A stretch of 24,000 nt of DNA from Clostridia bacterium (GTDB lineage Bacteria > Bacillota > Clostridia > Christensenellales > QAND01). The stretch is taken from NCBI GenBank assembly GCA_017439715.1, contig JAFSIR010000010.1:22726-46725 (forward strand). The letters are read 5' to 3'. Numbering within the stretch: the first letter of the stretch is position 1; every line of letters begins with the position of its first letter. Shown in pieces: positions 6,747 through 14,949 of the stretch. The notes beneath the pieces are model-generated. The model had not been told where the DNA came from. It worked only from the letters and a program-made list of their open reading frames with translations, and did no database searches. Position numbers and translations under genes: made by a program.

Positions 6747-7640
6747 GCCTGTTTTTTCAATTTGCATAGATAAATATCCGTCCAGCCCATCCCGGTCAGA
6801 CGCGATCAGCCGATCGGCGCCCGCACAGCGCAGCATGGCGCAGGTGATGCGCGCCCCTGTTACGATCACATCGGCCCGCGCCGGGTGCATGCCGGGCAGC
6901 GCCTTTCGCTGTTCCGTGTTCATGCTTGTCAGCTTTTCAAGCAGCGCTTCCACGGCCTCGATCGGCATAACATAATCCTGTACGCGCGCAGCATCGTACT
7001 CCCTGAGCTTTAAAAACAGCATGGCCAGCTGTGTGGCCGTGCCGCCCACGCCGTACAGCGCGGGCACCGGGCCGGGCAGCACCGCCGAAACCAGCCTGTG
7101 CGCAAACCCGTGTATCGTTACGTTCAGTTCGGCCAGTGCCTGGCCCTTGACCTGTTCCGGTGGGTAGGCGTATTTCTCCTGAAGGGTCACCGTTCCCATC
7201 GGCACGGACAGGGCGCGCAGCCCGCCGTTTGATTGGCAAATCAGCTCTGTTGATCCGCCGCCGATATCCAGCACCGGGCAGCCGGGCGCCGCCGCGCCGC
7301 GGCAGGCGATCACCGCTTCCATTTCCCCGGGAATGATCTGTGCGCTAAGGCCGCTGAGCCTGTTGAGCCTTTCGATCAATTCGGCCCCGTTTTCACATTC
7401 GCGTGCGGCGCTGGTGGCATAACACCAAACGGGCGCAGCCGCCCCGGCTGCACGGGCCTGCGCCAGAAAATCGGCCACAGCCTGTTCCGTGCGCGCCATG
7501 GCCGCCTCCGTCAGCCGTTTTGTTTGCGCCGAGCCTTCGCCCAGCCGCGTGACCGTCACAAATTTTTTGCTCTGCCCGTTTTCCCGCAGCAGCAGGCGAA
7601 CCGAATGCGTGCCGATGTCGATCGCTGCAAAAACCGCCAA
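6735..7640 (-). CDS. Ppx/GppA-family phosphatase (exopolyphosphatase / guanosine pentaphosphate phosphohydrolase-like)
   Basis: 301 aa with a TTG start and GGAGGAG upstream. It carries ASKHA-fold motifs AAIDIGTHSVRLL and VLDIGGGSTEL. Confidence 0.85.
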   Translation of the reverse strand: MAVFAAIDIGTHSVRLLLRENGQSKKFVTVTRLGEGSAQTKRLTEAAMARTEQAVADFLAQARAAGAAAPVWCYATSAARECENGAELIERLNRLSGLSAQIIPGEMEAVIACRGAAAPGCPVLDIGGGSTELICQSNGGLRALSVPMGTVTLQEKYAYPPEQVKGQALAELNVTIHGFAHRLVSAVLPGPVPALYGVGGTATQLAMLFLKLREYDAARVQDYVMPIEAVEALLEKLTSMNTEQRKALPGMHPARADVIVTGARITCAMLRCAGADRLIASDRDGLDGYLSMQIEKTGLTD

Positions 7641-7663
7641 AACGCTCTCTCCTCCCCTGTATA

Positions 7664-7686
7664 AAAACCGCGATGGCCGCGGTTTT
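7664..7686 (-). terminator. Intrinsic terminator downstream of yabR
   Basis: AAAACCGCGgccaUCGCGGUUUUU read on the minus strand, 9 nt after the yabR stop codon. Confidence 0.6.
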
Positions 7687-7694
7687 CAGGTTTT

Positions 7695-8057
7695 TTATTT
7701 TCGGCTGCGCCCACCGCTTTTTTTGCGAATGTTCCGCTTCAGGTCCAGCTGGCGCTCTTCCGATTGTTTCATAAACTGGCTGACCACGTTTTCAAACTCC
7801 TGCTTGGTCATCGCCGGCGGCTCGGGCGGCAGCGCCTGCTTGATGCTCAGCCGGATGCGGCCGTTATCGTCTTCCCCCAGCAGAGCCACCGTCACCTCAT
7901 CGCCCACAGCCAGTATGTCACTGACGCTGCTGACATAGCTGTTTGCGATCTCACTGATGTGCACCAGGCCTTTGCGCCCATCCTGCAGCGCAACAAACGC
8001 GCCGAACGCGGTGATGCCCTCCACCGTGCCGCTGAAAATCTGCAACTCTTGCGCCAT
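7695..8057 (-). CDS. yabR: S1 RNA-binding domain protein (YabR-like)
   Basis: S1 domain sequence: GTVEGITAFGAFVALQDGRKGLVHISEI...GDEVTVALLGEDDNGRIRLSIK. The position after divIC matches the B. subtilis order yabP-yabQ-divIC-yabR. I chose the ATG at 8057. The track ORF begins at a GTG at 8069, which is an alternative start. Confidence 0.85.
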   Translation of the reverse strand: MAQELQIFSGTVEGITAFGAFVALQDGRKGLVHISEIANSYVSSVSDILAVGDEVTVALLGEDDNGRIRLSIKQALPPEPPAMTKQEFENVVSQFMKQSEERQLDLKRNIRKKSGGRSRK

Positions 8058-8061
8058 TGTG

Positions 8062-8358
8062 CTATTCACCGCCCCTGATCACATACCGTGTTTCGCCCGG
8101 CTTTACCCAGCCCAGCTTGTCCCGCGCAACAGACTCGATATAAGCATCCGTTTGCGCAGTCTGGATCAGATACTTGAGCTTGTCCCGCTCCATTTCCGTT
8201 TCCTGCATTTGGCCGATCAGCTTTTCCTGCTCTTCCTTCAGGTCCCGGATCAGGCGAAACTGCTTGAACAGCAGGGCCCCGGCATACAGCACAACCAGGC
8301 TGAGCAAAAACGCAAAGAACCGCCCGGTCACCCGCCGTTTTACCCGATTGTTCTGCAT
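8062..8358 (-). CDS. divIC: Septum formation initiator (DivIC/FtsB family)
   Basis: Basic N-terminus, a single TM helix and a coiled coil (LKEEQEKLIGQMQETEMERDKLKYLI), followed by the conserved IESVARDKLGWVKPGE tail. I chose the ATG at 8358, which has AGGTGA 5 nt upstream. The track start is a GTG at 8367. Confidence 0.8.
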   Translation of the reverse strand: MQNNRVKRRVTGRFFAFLLSLVVLYAGALLFKQFRLIRDLKEEQEKLIGQMQETEMERDKLKYLIQTAQTDAYIESVARDKLGWVKPGETRYVIRGGE

Positions 8359-8395
8359 CCGTTTCACCTGCCTTCAATTTTTTGTAATATTTATT

Positions 8396-8770
8396 TTATA
8401 TTTTTTGGTTCTTCTTTTCAAGTATAGAATTGAGTTTGGCCCCGGCACGGCGCACCAACGCACCCAAAAAACAAAAAACGGCGATCAGCGCCCGTGTGAT
8501 CGGCCGCCCTATCCCGATGTGAAACACCAAAAAGCCTGCTCCATAGGCGCACAGAGCATACAGCCTGAAGGCCCCGCCCAGCGCCCGCACGCTGCAGGCA
8601 AGATAACACGCGCCGGCAAGCAGGATAAACAAAACGTCCGTTACATGCATCATAAACGCGTGTTTGCCCGCTGCACACAGGGCGTGCAGCACGGCATAGC
8701 AAAGCGCCGCCGCACCCCCGCCGGCGCAAAAAATGAGAAACACGGCACCCTGGCCGACGGTTTGCGCCAT
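8396..8770 (-). CDS. yabQ: Spore cortex biosynthesis protein YabQ-like small membrane protein
   Basis: 124-aa polytopic protein. The segment HVTDVLFILLAGACYLACSVRALGGAFRLYAL aligns by eye with B. subtilis YabQ (HDILFW..G...Y......G.LR.Y). Its start is 4 nt from the yabP stop. Confidence 0.65.
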   Translation of the reverse strand: MAQTVGQGAVFLIFCAGGGAAALCYAVLHALCAAGKHAFMMHVTDVLFILLAGACYLACSVRALGGAFRLYALCAYGAGFLVFHIGIGRPITRALIAVFCFLGALVRRAGAKLNSILEKKNQKI

Positions 8771-8773
8771 GCG

Positions 8774-9052
8774 TCAGCGCTTGCGCAGCCGGGCAAACAG
8801 GCCCATGCGCGGCGGCTCAGCCTCTTCATACAGCGCGCCGAACACCGCGCCCGAAACGATCATCTGCCCTTCCTCTAAGTTCAGGCGGTCGATATGCAGC
8901 CCGTCGCCCTCCAAAGTCAGCAGGCCGTCTGCCGTAAAGACTGCCACGGTCTCTTCCGAAAAACTGCCCAGTTCTTCCACGCCGCTGATCACCGCGCGGC
9001 TGCGGCCTTCTATCATCAGTGTATGTCCTCGTCCGTCCCGCCGCGTTTCCAT
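8774..9052 (-). CDS. yabP: Sporulation protein YabP
   Basis: HTLMIEGRSRAVISGVEELGSFSEETVAVFTADGLLTLEGDGLHIDRLNLEEGQMIVSG matches the YabP pattern. I chose the ATG at 9052, which has AAAGGAG 9 nt upstream. The track ORF start at 9091 abuts the upstream terminator. Confidence 0.8.
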   Translation of the reverse strand: METRRDGRGHTLMIEGRSRAVISGVEELGSFSEETVAVFTADGLLTLEGDGLHIDRLNLEEGQMIVSGAVFGALYEEAEPPRMGLFARLRKR

Positions 9053-9080
9053 GCCATCACGCTCCTTTGCATTCTGTTTG

Positions 9081-9107
9081 AGCGTATGCAAAAAAATACG
9101 GGGCTAT
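9081..9107 (-). promoter_or_regulatory. Sigma-E-like (mother-cell) promoter for yabP-yabQ
   Basis: Minus strand reads ATA (9107-9105), a 16-nt spacer, then CATACGCT (9088-9081). The B. subtilis sigma-E consensus is ATA-16/17-CATACA-T. The -35 element sits inside the prfB terminator hairpin. Confidence 0.4.
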
Positions 9108-9122
9108 GCGCCCCGTATTTTT
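9090..9122 (-). terminator. Intrinsic terminator downstream of prfB
   Basis: AAAAAUACGGGGCgcauAGCCCCGUAUUUUUUU read on the minus strand, directly after the prfB stop codon. Confidence 0.75.
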
Positions 9123-9125
9123 GTT

Positions 9126-10221
9126 TTATGCGTGGATGAGATATTCCGTGATAAACATTTCAAGGTCGCCATCCATCACGGCCTGCACGTTGCCCGTTTC
9201 GGCGCCCGTGCGGTGATCCTTTACCATGGAATACGGATGGAACACATACGAGCGGATCTGGCTGCCCCACTCAATCTTTTTCAGCTCGCCCTTGATATCG
9301 GCGTTCTTTTCCGCCATTTCGCGTTCCTTGAGCTCGATCAGGCGGCTGCGCAGCATTTTCATGGCCGTTTCACGGTTCTGGATCTGGCTGCGCTCGTTCT
9401 GGCACTGCACCACGATGCCCGTGGGGATATGCGTGATGCGGATGGCGCTTTCCGTTTTGTTCACGTGCTGGCCGCCCGCACCGCTGCTGCGGTAGGTGTC
9501 AATCCGCAGATCTTCAAGGTTGATATCCACTTCGCCCGCATCTTCAATCTCGGGCATAACATCCAGCGAAGCAAACGAGGTGTGTCGCCGGCCCGAAGCG
9601 TCAAAGGGCGAGATGCGCACCAGGCGGTGCACGCCTTTTTCCGCTTTTAAATATCCGTAAGCGTCCGTGCCTTCCACGCCGAAAGACACGCTCTTGATGC
9701 CCGCTTCATCGCCTTCAAGCAGGTCGAACACCTTGATCGTGTATCCGCGCTTTTCGCAATACCGCGTGTACATGCGGTACAGCTGCTGCACCCAGTCCTG
9801 TGCCTCGGTGCCGCCCGCGCCCGCGTGCAGCGAAAGGATGGCATTGTTATGGTCATACTCGCCGCGCAGCATGGTGGACAGGCGCACTTCCTCCACCTGT
9901 TTTGCCAGCTGTGCCGTGTCTTTGCACACTTCGGCGATCAGCTCTTCATCCCCCTCGGCGTCCGCCAGCTCGCACAGCTCCAGCGTCTCCTGCACGCCGG
10001 TATACAGCTTATTATAGCTGGTAACCCGATCGGTGAGCATTTTCACTTCTTTGTTCACTTTTTGCGCCGCGTCTACATCATCCCAAAAGGCGGGCGCTTC
10101 CATCTGTTCGTGCAGTTCCTTTATTCTTGCCTCGCATTCGGCCAGGTTAAAGGGACTCACCTGCCCTTTTGAGCGTTTCCAGCATGCCTTGCAGTTGGCT
10201 GGATGCCAGTTCCATCTCCAT
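9126..10221 (-). CDS. prfB: Peptide chain release factor 2, expressed via a +1 programmed ribosomal frameshift
   Basis: The main frame carries the SPF and GGQ motifs (RISPFDASGRRHTSF, GAGGQHVNKT). ORF0 is ATG 10221 followed by 24 codons (MEMELASSQLQGMLETLKRAGESL), ending CTT TAA C (stop at 10149-10147). An AGGAGG RBS precedes the ATG, and an internal SD-like GGTGA lies 4 nt before CTT. After the +1 shift the frame reads NLAECEARIKELHEQM, colinear with B. subtilis DLESKEARIAELEEQM. Confidence 0.9.
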
Positions 10222-10232
10222 GTTCGTTCCTC

Positions 10233-12905
10233 CTATGCGTTTTTGCCGCAGCAGTTTTTATATTTTTTCCCGCTCCCGCACGGGCACGGCGCATTTCGCC
10301 CCACGCGTTCGCCCGCCCGTGTTGGCGCACCCTTGCGCCTTTGGGATGCATCGGCCTGTTCCACCGGCCGCTGCGCTTCCCGCGCGATCGTGCGCCGCTG
10401 GGGCGCCGACTGCAGATTGAAATGGAACAGCATCAAAAGCGTGTCCTCCTGAATGCTGTGCACCATCTGCTCAAACATATCATAGCCTTCAAACTTATAT
10501 TCCGTTACAGGATCCCGCTGGCCCAGCGCCCGCAGGCTCACGCCCTGACGCAGCTGGTCCATCGCGTCGATATGCTCCATCCAGTGGTTATCCACGCTGC
10601 GCAGCAGCACCACGCGTTCAATCTCGCGCATATCCACGCCCGCTTCTTCCACCTGCGCTTCGCGCGCCCGATAGGCTTGCCGGCATCCTTCCAGAATGCT
10701 GCTTTTCAGCGTTTCCCGGCTGCCGGTTTCAGGCACCGCCATCGGCGCCAGCACCCGCGCGATATACGCCGACAGGGACGCAATGTCCCATTCCTGCGCC
10801 TGTGTGCCGGCGGGGCAATAGGTATCTACGGCATACTCCACCAGCGTTTGCATCATTTCCATCACCGAGCCGCGCACATCTTCACCCATCAGCACGCTTT
10901 TGCGCTGAGAATAAATAATGGAACGCTGCTGGTTCATCACATCGTCATATTCAAGCACGCGGCGGCGGATCTCAAAGTTGCGCGATTCGATGCGCTTTTG
11001 CGCGTTTTCGATCTGCTTGGTCAGCAGGCCGATCTCCATGGGAATATCATCGTCCGGGCTGAGCTTTGCCATGATGCCCTGCACCCGCTCGCCCCCGAAC
11101 AGGCGCATCAGATCGTCTTCCAGCGCCACATAGAAGCGGCTGGACCCCGGGTCGCCCTGGCGGCCGGCGCGGCCGCGCAGCTGGTTATCCACCCGGCGGG
11201 ATTCGTGCCGCTCGGTGCCGATGATGTGCAGCCCGCCCAGGCGCACCACGGCCTCATGCTCGGCCTTGCAGTTTACATTATATTGTTCATACAGCGCGCG
11301 ATACGCAGCGCGGCGGGCCAGAATATCCTGATCCTCGGTGTCTGCATGGCTGACCGCCTCTTCAATCTGTTCATCCGAATAGCCTTTGGCGCGCAGCGCT
11401 TCACGGGCCAGATAGTCCGGGTTGCCGCCCAGCAGAATATCCGTGCCGCGGCCGGCCATATTGGTGGCAATGGTAACCGCGCCCACCTTGCCGGCCTGTG
11501 CGATGATCATTGCTTCTTTTTCATGGTTTTTGGCGTTGAGCACCTGATGCGGCACGCCGCGGCGGCGCAGCATGGCAGAGAGCGCCTCACTCTTTTCCAC
11601 CGATACGGTGCCCACCAGCACGGGCCGCCCCGTTTTGTGCATCTGCTCAATCTCGTCGATCACGGCGGCAAACTTGCCTTTCACCGTGCCGAGCACCACA
11701 TCGTTTTCATCCTTGCGGATCATGGTTTTATGCGTGGGGATCTGCACAACATCCAGCCCATAAATGCCCTGGAATTCCGCTTCCTCCGTTTTGGCCGTGC
11801 CGGTCATGCCGGCCAGTTTCCGGAACATGCGGAAATAGTTTTGGAATGTGATGGTCGCCAGCGTTCGGCTTTCATTTTCCACCCTCACGCCTTCTTTGGC
11901 TTCAATGGCCTGATGCTGCCCTTCGCTGTACCGGCGGCCCACCATGAGGCGGCCGGTGAACTCATCCACGATCACAACCTCGCCGTCGCGCACCACATAA
12001 TCCACATCGCGCTTAAACAGCACGTGGGCTTTGAGGGCGATATTGATATGATGGTTGATCTCCGTGTTGTCTGCATCGGCCAGGTTTTCCAGCCTGAAAT
12101 ACCGCTCCGCTTTTTCAACGCCGGCGTCGGTGAGCGTAACGGCCCGCATTTTTTCATCTACCGTGTAATCTTCTTCCGCCGTCAGGCGCGCGGCAAACCG
12201 ATCGGCCTGCGTATACAGTTCTGTGCTTTTCTCCGCACGGCCGGAAATGATCAAAGGCGTGCGCGCCTCGTCAATCAAAATGGAGTCAACCTCGTCCACA
12301 ATGGCATAGTGCAGCTCGCGCTGCACCATCTGCTCGCGATAGATCACCATATTGTCGCGCAGATAATCAAATCCAAACTCGTTGTTTGTGCCATATGTAA
12401 TATCGCACAAATAGCTTTCCCGCCGCTGGGCCGGCTCCATATCGTGCACGATCAGGCCCACTGTCATGCCCAGCATGCGGTAGATCTTGCCCATCCATTC
12501 GCTGTCGCGCCGGGCCAGATAGTCATTCACCGTTACGATGTGCACCCCGTGGCCGGAAAGCGCGTTGAGATACGCGGCCAGCGTGGCAGCCAGCGTTTTG
12601 CCTTCGCCGGTGAGCATTTCGGCAATGCGCCCCTGGTGCAGCACCACACCCACCATCAGCTGTTCGCGGTAATGGCGCATGCCCGTGGTACGCACGCTCG
12701 CTTCACGCACGGAGGCAAACGCTTCGGGCAGCAGATCGTCCAGCGTTTCGCCCGCCGCCAGGCGCGCGCGGAACGCCGCGGTTTGCCCGTTGAGCTGCTC
12801 ATCCGTAAAGCTTTTCATCTTGTCTTCGAGCGCTTCCACCCGATCTACGATCTTTTCTATGGGCTTGAGCGGGTTGCCCGCCAGCAGTTTTGAAAACAGC
12901 GCCAA
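10233..12905 (-). CDS. secA: Preprotein translocase ATPase SecA
   Basis: About 890 aa with Walker [10 protein letters not shown], the DEAD-like box [19 protein letters not shown], and a C-terminal zinc finger [15 protein letters not shown] chose the TTG at 12905 (MALFSKLL...), which has AGGAGGG 8 nt upstream. The track ORF extends to a TTG at 12932. Confidence 0.95.
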   Translation of the reverse strand: MALFSKLLAGNPLKPIEKIVDRVEALEDKMKSFTDEQLNGQTAAFRARLAAGETLDDLLPEAFASVREASVRTTGMRHYREQLMVGVVLHQGRIAEMLTGEGKTLAATLAAYLNALSGHGVHIVTVNDYLARRDSEWMGKIYRMLGMTVGLIVHDMEPAQRRESYLCDITYGTNNEFGFDYLRDNMVIYREQMVQRELHYAIVDEVDSILIDEARTPLIISGRAEKSTELYTQADRFAARLTAEEDYTVDEKMRAVTLTDAGVEKAERYFRLENLADADNTEINHHINIALKAHVLFKRDVDYVVRDGEVVIVDEFTGRLMVGRRYSEGQHQAIEAKEGVRVENESRTLATITFQNYFRMFRKLAGMTGTAKTEEAEFQGIYGLDVVQIPTHKTMIRKDENDVVLGTVKGKFAAVIDEIEQMHKTGRPVLVGTVSVEKSEALSAMLRRRGVPHQVLNAKNHEKEAMIIAQAGKVGAVTIATNMAGRGTDILLGGNPDYLAREALRAKGYSDEQIEEAVSHADTEDQDILARRAAYRALYEQYNVNCKAEHEAVVRLGGLHIIGTERHESRRVDNQLRGRAGRQGDPGSSRFYVALEDDLMRLFGGERVQGIMAKLSPDDDIPMEIGLLTKQIENAQKRIESRNFEIRRRVLEYDDVMNQQRSIIYSQRKSVLMGEDVRGSVMEMMQTLVEYAVDTYCPAGTQAQEWDIASLSAYIARVLAPMAVPETGSRETLKSSILEGCRQAYRAREAQVEEAGVDMREIERVVLLRSVDNHWMEHIDAMDQLRQGVSLRALGQRDPVTEYKFEGYDMFEQMVHSIQEDTLLMLFHFNLQSAPQRRTIAREAQRPVEQADASQRRKGAPTRAGERVGRNAPCPCGSGKKYKNCCGKNA

Positions 12906-12956
12906 TCCGGTGCCCTCCTGTTCGTTCGGCAATACTTGGTTTTACTGTGTTTTTCT

Positions 12957-12985
12957 ATTGTATCATGAAGCCCGCCAATGGGCAA
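12957..12985 (-). promoter_or_regulatory. Sigma-A-type promoter upstream of secA
   Basis: Minus strand reads TTGCCC (12985-12980), a 17-nt spacer, then TACAAT (12962-12957). Confidence 0.5.
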
Positions 12986-12992
12986 ACACGGC

Positions 12993-13030
12993 ATAAAAGA
13001 GGCCGGCCGCCTCGTTAAGGCCGCCGGCCG
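12993..13030 (-). terminator. GC-rich hairpin terminator downstream of hpf
   Basis: GGCCGGCGGCCuuaacgaGGCGGCCGGCC followed by UCUUUU on the minus strand. There is one mismatch in the stem. Confidence 0.55.
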
Positions 13031-13055
13031 TTCCCGTTATCGGTTGCATACACCG

Positions 13056-13604
13056 TCAGTCAAGCTCGGGCTCGATCAGGCCAAGCTGCCCGTCATTCCG
13101 GCGGTAAAGCACATTCACTTCCCCGGTGTCCGCCGCGCAGAACACGAAGAACGCATGGCCCAGCAATTCCATTTGCTCAGCCGCTTCCTCCACGCTCATA
13201 GGGCGCACGGAGAACCGCTTGACACGCACAACACGCGGCAGTTCCTCTTCCTCCGCTTCCGCCTCTTCTTCCGAAGCGGGCAGGATGGGCATGTCGTAGC
13301 GGATGGACTGCTCTTTAATGCGTTTATCCATCCTCGTGCGATACCGGATGATCTGGCGCTCGATTTTCTTCGTTGCGTTGTCAATCGAAGCATACATGTC
13401 ACCCGTTGCTTCTTCCGCGCGCACGATCGTTGTGCCCACCGGCACGGTGATCTCGGCAGCCTGCCGGCCGCGGAACATGGAAAGCATCACATGAACTTCG
13501 GCGTCTTCCCTCAAATACTTGTCAAGTTTGGACACCCGTTTGCGTACCACGTCTTCCAGATACTCGGAAACTTCCATTCCTTTTCCGTTGATCGAGATAA
13601 TCAT
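13056..13604 (-). CDS. hpf: Ribosome hibernation promoting factor, long form (HPF/YvyD/RaiA family)
   Basis: 182 aa with an N-terminal sigma-54-modulation/S30EA domain (MIISINGKGMEVSEYLEDVVRKRVSKLDKYL), an acidic linker, and a C-terminal dimerisation domain (RVKRFSVRPMSVEEAAEQMELLGHAFFVF). Synteny hpf-secA-prfB matches B. subtilis. Confidence 0.9.
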   Translation of the reverse strand: MIISINGKGMEVSEYLEDVVRKRVSKLDKYLREDAEVHVMLSMFRGRQAAEITVPVGTTIVRAEEATGDMYASIDNATKKIERQIIRYRTRMDKRIKEQSIRYDMPILPASEEEAEAEEEELPRVVRVKRFSVRPMSVEEAAEQMELLGHAFFVFCAADTGEVNVLYRRNDGQLGLIEPELD

Positions 13605-13634
13605 GATACCACTCCTTTCCGTTCTTGTATAATC

Positions 13635-13663
13635 AGTATACCATACAAAGGCTGTATTTGTCG
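13635..13663 (-). promoter_or_regulatory. Possible promoter upstream of hpf
   Basis: Minus strand reads cGACAa (13663-13658), a 17-nt spacer, then TGgTATACT (extended -10; hexamer 13640-13635). Confidence 0.45.
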
Positions 13664-13684
13664 CGCAACAGTTGCGGAAGACAG

Positions 13685-13713
13685 AAAAAAGCGGAGCAAA
13701 ACCGCTCCGCTTT
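13685..13713 (-). terminator. Intrinsic terminator downstream of the zinc-ribbon gene
   Basis: GCGGAGCgguuuuGCUCCGC followed by UUUUUU on the minus strand. Confidence 0.8.
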
Positions 13714-13721
13714 AAAACCGC

Positions 13722-13991
13722 TTATCTGTTACGCATACGCGCATAGCACTCGCTGCAATAAATGGGTTTGTCATTCTTGGGAATAAAGGGAACTTCCGTT
13801 TCTTTGCCGCATTCGGCACAAACGGCGTGATAACTGACTTTTTCACGGCGGGCGTTCTTTTTGCTGTTCCGGCACTCGCGGCAGCGAACGGGGTCATGAT
13901 ACCCTTTTTCTGCAAAGAATTCCTGCTCACCGGCGGTGAACATAAACTCGGCCCCACAATCGCGGCATACAAGTGTTTTGTCCTGGTACAT
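13722..13991 (-). CDS. Small zinc-ribbon protein (tandem CxxC-x17-CxxC modules)
   Basis: 89 aa with CRDCGAEFMFTAGEQEFFAEKGYHDPVRCRECR, then CAECGKETEVPFIPKNDKPIYCSECY. This is the widespread 'probable zinc-ribbon domain' family. Confidence 0.8.
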   Translation of the reverse strand: MYQDKTLVCRDCGAEFMFTAGEQEFFAEKGYHDPVRCRECRNSKKNARREKVSYHAVCAECGKETEVPFIPKNDKPIYCSECYARMRNR

Positions 13992-14004
13992 TGATTCTTT
14001 TCCT

Positions 14005-14246
14005 TCACATTTTATTTGGGCGGCGACTCGGCTGACCTGATTTTTGCCCCCACATCCGCCGGCTGGAAGGTTCGCTCCTAAGGCATTGGCCTCCCCACTA
14101 CTGCTCCTCTCAGCGCAGCAAGCCGCGCTGGCCGGACTTACCTCTAAGCTGCACCATGCTCCCCACCGATTTTAGTGGATTACGTGGATCGTTTTGCCTG
14201 CAACTGGCTTCGATTTTCAATCACAGACCCAAGGCACCGTCCCTTG
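14005..14246 (-). ncRNA. Candidate raiA-motif structured ncRNA (assigned by genomic context; ends approximate)
   Basis: A roughly 250-nt ORF-free, GC-rich gap lies on the same strand between comFC and the zinc-ribbon/hpf genes and is driven by its own good promoter. Local helices include 14111-14130 and CCAC/GUGG at 14163-14178 (extended by a G-U pair only on the minus strand). The raiA-motif RNA is documented to lie between comFC and raiA(hpf) in Bacillota. Confidence 0.55.
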
Positions 14247-14251
14247 CCTTG

Positions 14252-14280
14252 ATTGTATCTGCGCCGCATAAAAAGTGCAA
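14252..14280 (-). promoter_or_regulatory. Sigma-A-type promoter driving the noncoding region / zinc-ribbon gene
   Basis: Minus strand reads TTGCAC (14280-14275), a 17-nt spacer, then TACAAT (14257-14252). Confidence 0.6.
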
Positions 14281-14282
14281 CC

Positions 14283-14308
14283 AAAACTTTTCAGGCGCGC
14301 CTGAAAAC
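14283..14308 (-). terminator. Palindromic hairpin terminator just after comFC
   Basis: UUUUCAGGcgcgCCUGAAAA followed by GUUUU on the minus strand, 6 nt after the comFC stop. Confidence 0.5.
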
Positions 14309-14313
14309 GCCCG

Positions 14314-14949
14314 TTATTCCTCCGCTGCCGCAGCGCAGATGCAGTTTATCCGCGCACCCTTTTCGCGCAGCACCCGCGCGCAGGCGGACAGCGTGGCCCC
14401 GGTGGTGCACACGTCATCGAGCAGCAGCAAATGCAGCCCCGAAGCGCGCTGGTCCGCTTCAAAGGCGTGTTTCATGTTTTTCTGCCGCAGCTCCTTGCTC
14501 ATGCCCACCTGATGGGGCGTGTCTATTACACGGCGCACAAGATCCGTTTGTACCGGCAGGCCCGTGTAAACCGCCAGTGCAGCCGCGATCACCTCCGCAT
14601 GGTTGAACCCGCGCTCGCGCAGCCGGTTCGGATGCACGGGGATGGGCACGATCGCATCCGGTGAAAGCTTTGCCCGGCTGAGCACGCGCTCCATGGCCAG
14701 GGCAAGCGGCCGGGCCATATAGCGGCGGCCATCATATTTAAGCCCGCGGATGAGTTTGGCGGGCACGCCCTGATAGGCATACGGGGCCAGCAGATGCACC
14801 CCTTCCACATATTCGGGCCCGGTATACGCCCTGCAGGCCTGCCGGCAGGCAGCGCACAACCCGTCCGCCCCGCCCATGCCTTTTTCGCTTTTGCACACCA
14901 TGCAGCTAACGTTTTGCGGCATCAGCAGCTCTTTTAAGATCTCTGTCAT
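14314..14949 (-). CDS. comFC: ComF family protein (ComFC-type phosphoribosyltransferase-fold competence protein)
   Basis: N-terminal 4-Cys zinc-finger-like region (CMVCKS...CAACRQAC) and a PRTase motif LLLLDDVCTTGATL. The ATG overlaps the recD2 stop as ATGA at 14946-14949. Confidence 0.85.
   Translation of the reverse strand: MTEILKELLMPQNVSCMVCKSEKGMGGADGLCAACRQACRAYTGPEYVEGVHLLAPYAYQGVPAKLIRGLKYDGRRYMARPLALAMERVLSRAKLSPDAIVPIPVHPNRLRERGFNHAEVIAAALAVYTGLPVQTDLVRRVIDTPHQVGMSKELRQKNMKHAFEADQRASGLHLLLLDDVCTTGATLSACARVLREKGARINCICAAAAEE

Noticed and set aside
10203-12893. A 896-aa ORF on the plus strand, exactly antisense to secA.
   Set aside because: It mirrors a strongly supported gene. Its composition (His/Arg/Ala/Phe-rich, no motifs, no RBS) is typical of stop-free antisense frames in high-GC DNA. 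The same explanation applies to plus-strand ORFs 15954..17288 and 15781..16713 (antisense to recD2), 18033..19226 (antisense to mbl), 8733..9650 (antisense to yabP/prfB), 2411..3421 (antisense to the UPF0126 gene and riboswitch) and 20734..21399.
14132-14145. AGAGGUAAGUCCGG on the minus strand, which resembles the RNase P RNA P4 motif GAGGAAAGUCCGG.
   Set aside because: The remaining universally conserved RNase P blocks (ACAGAA-type, GGUAAGAGCGCACC-type, AGAUGAAUG-type) are absent, and the available noncoding space (about 250 nt) is too small. The context fits the raiA motif instead.
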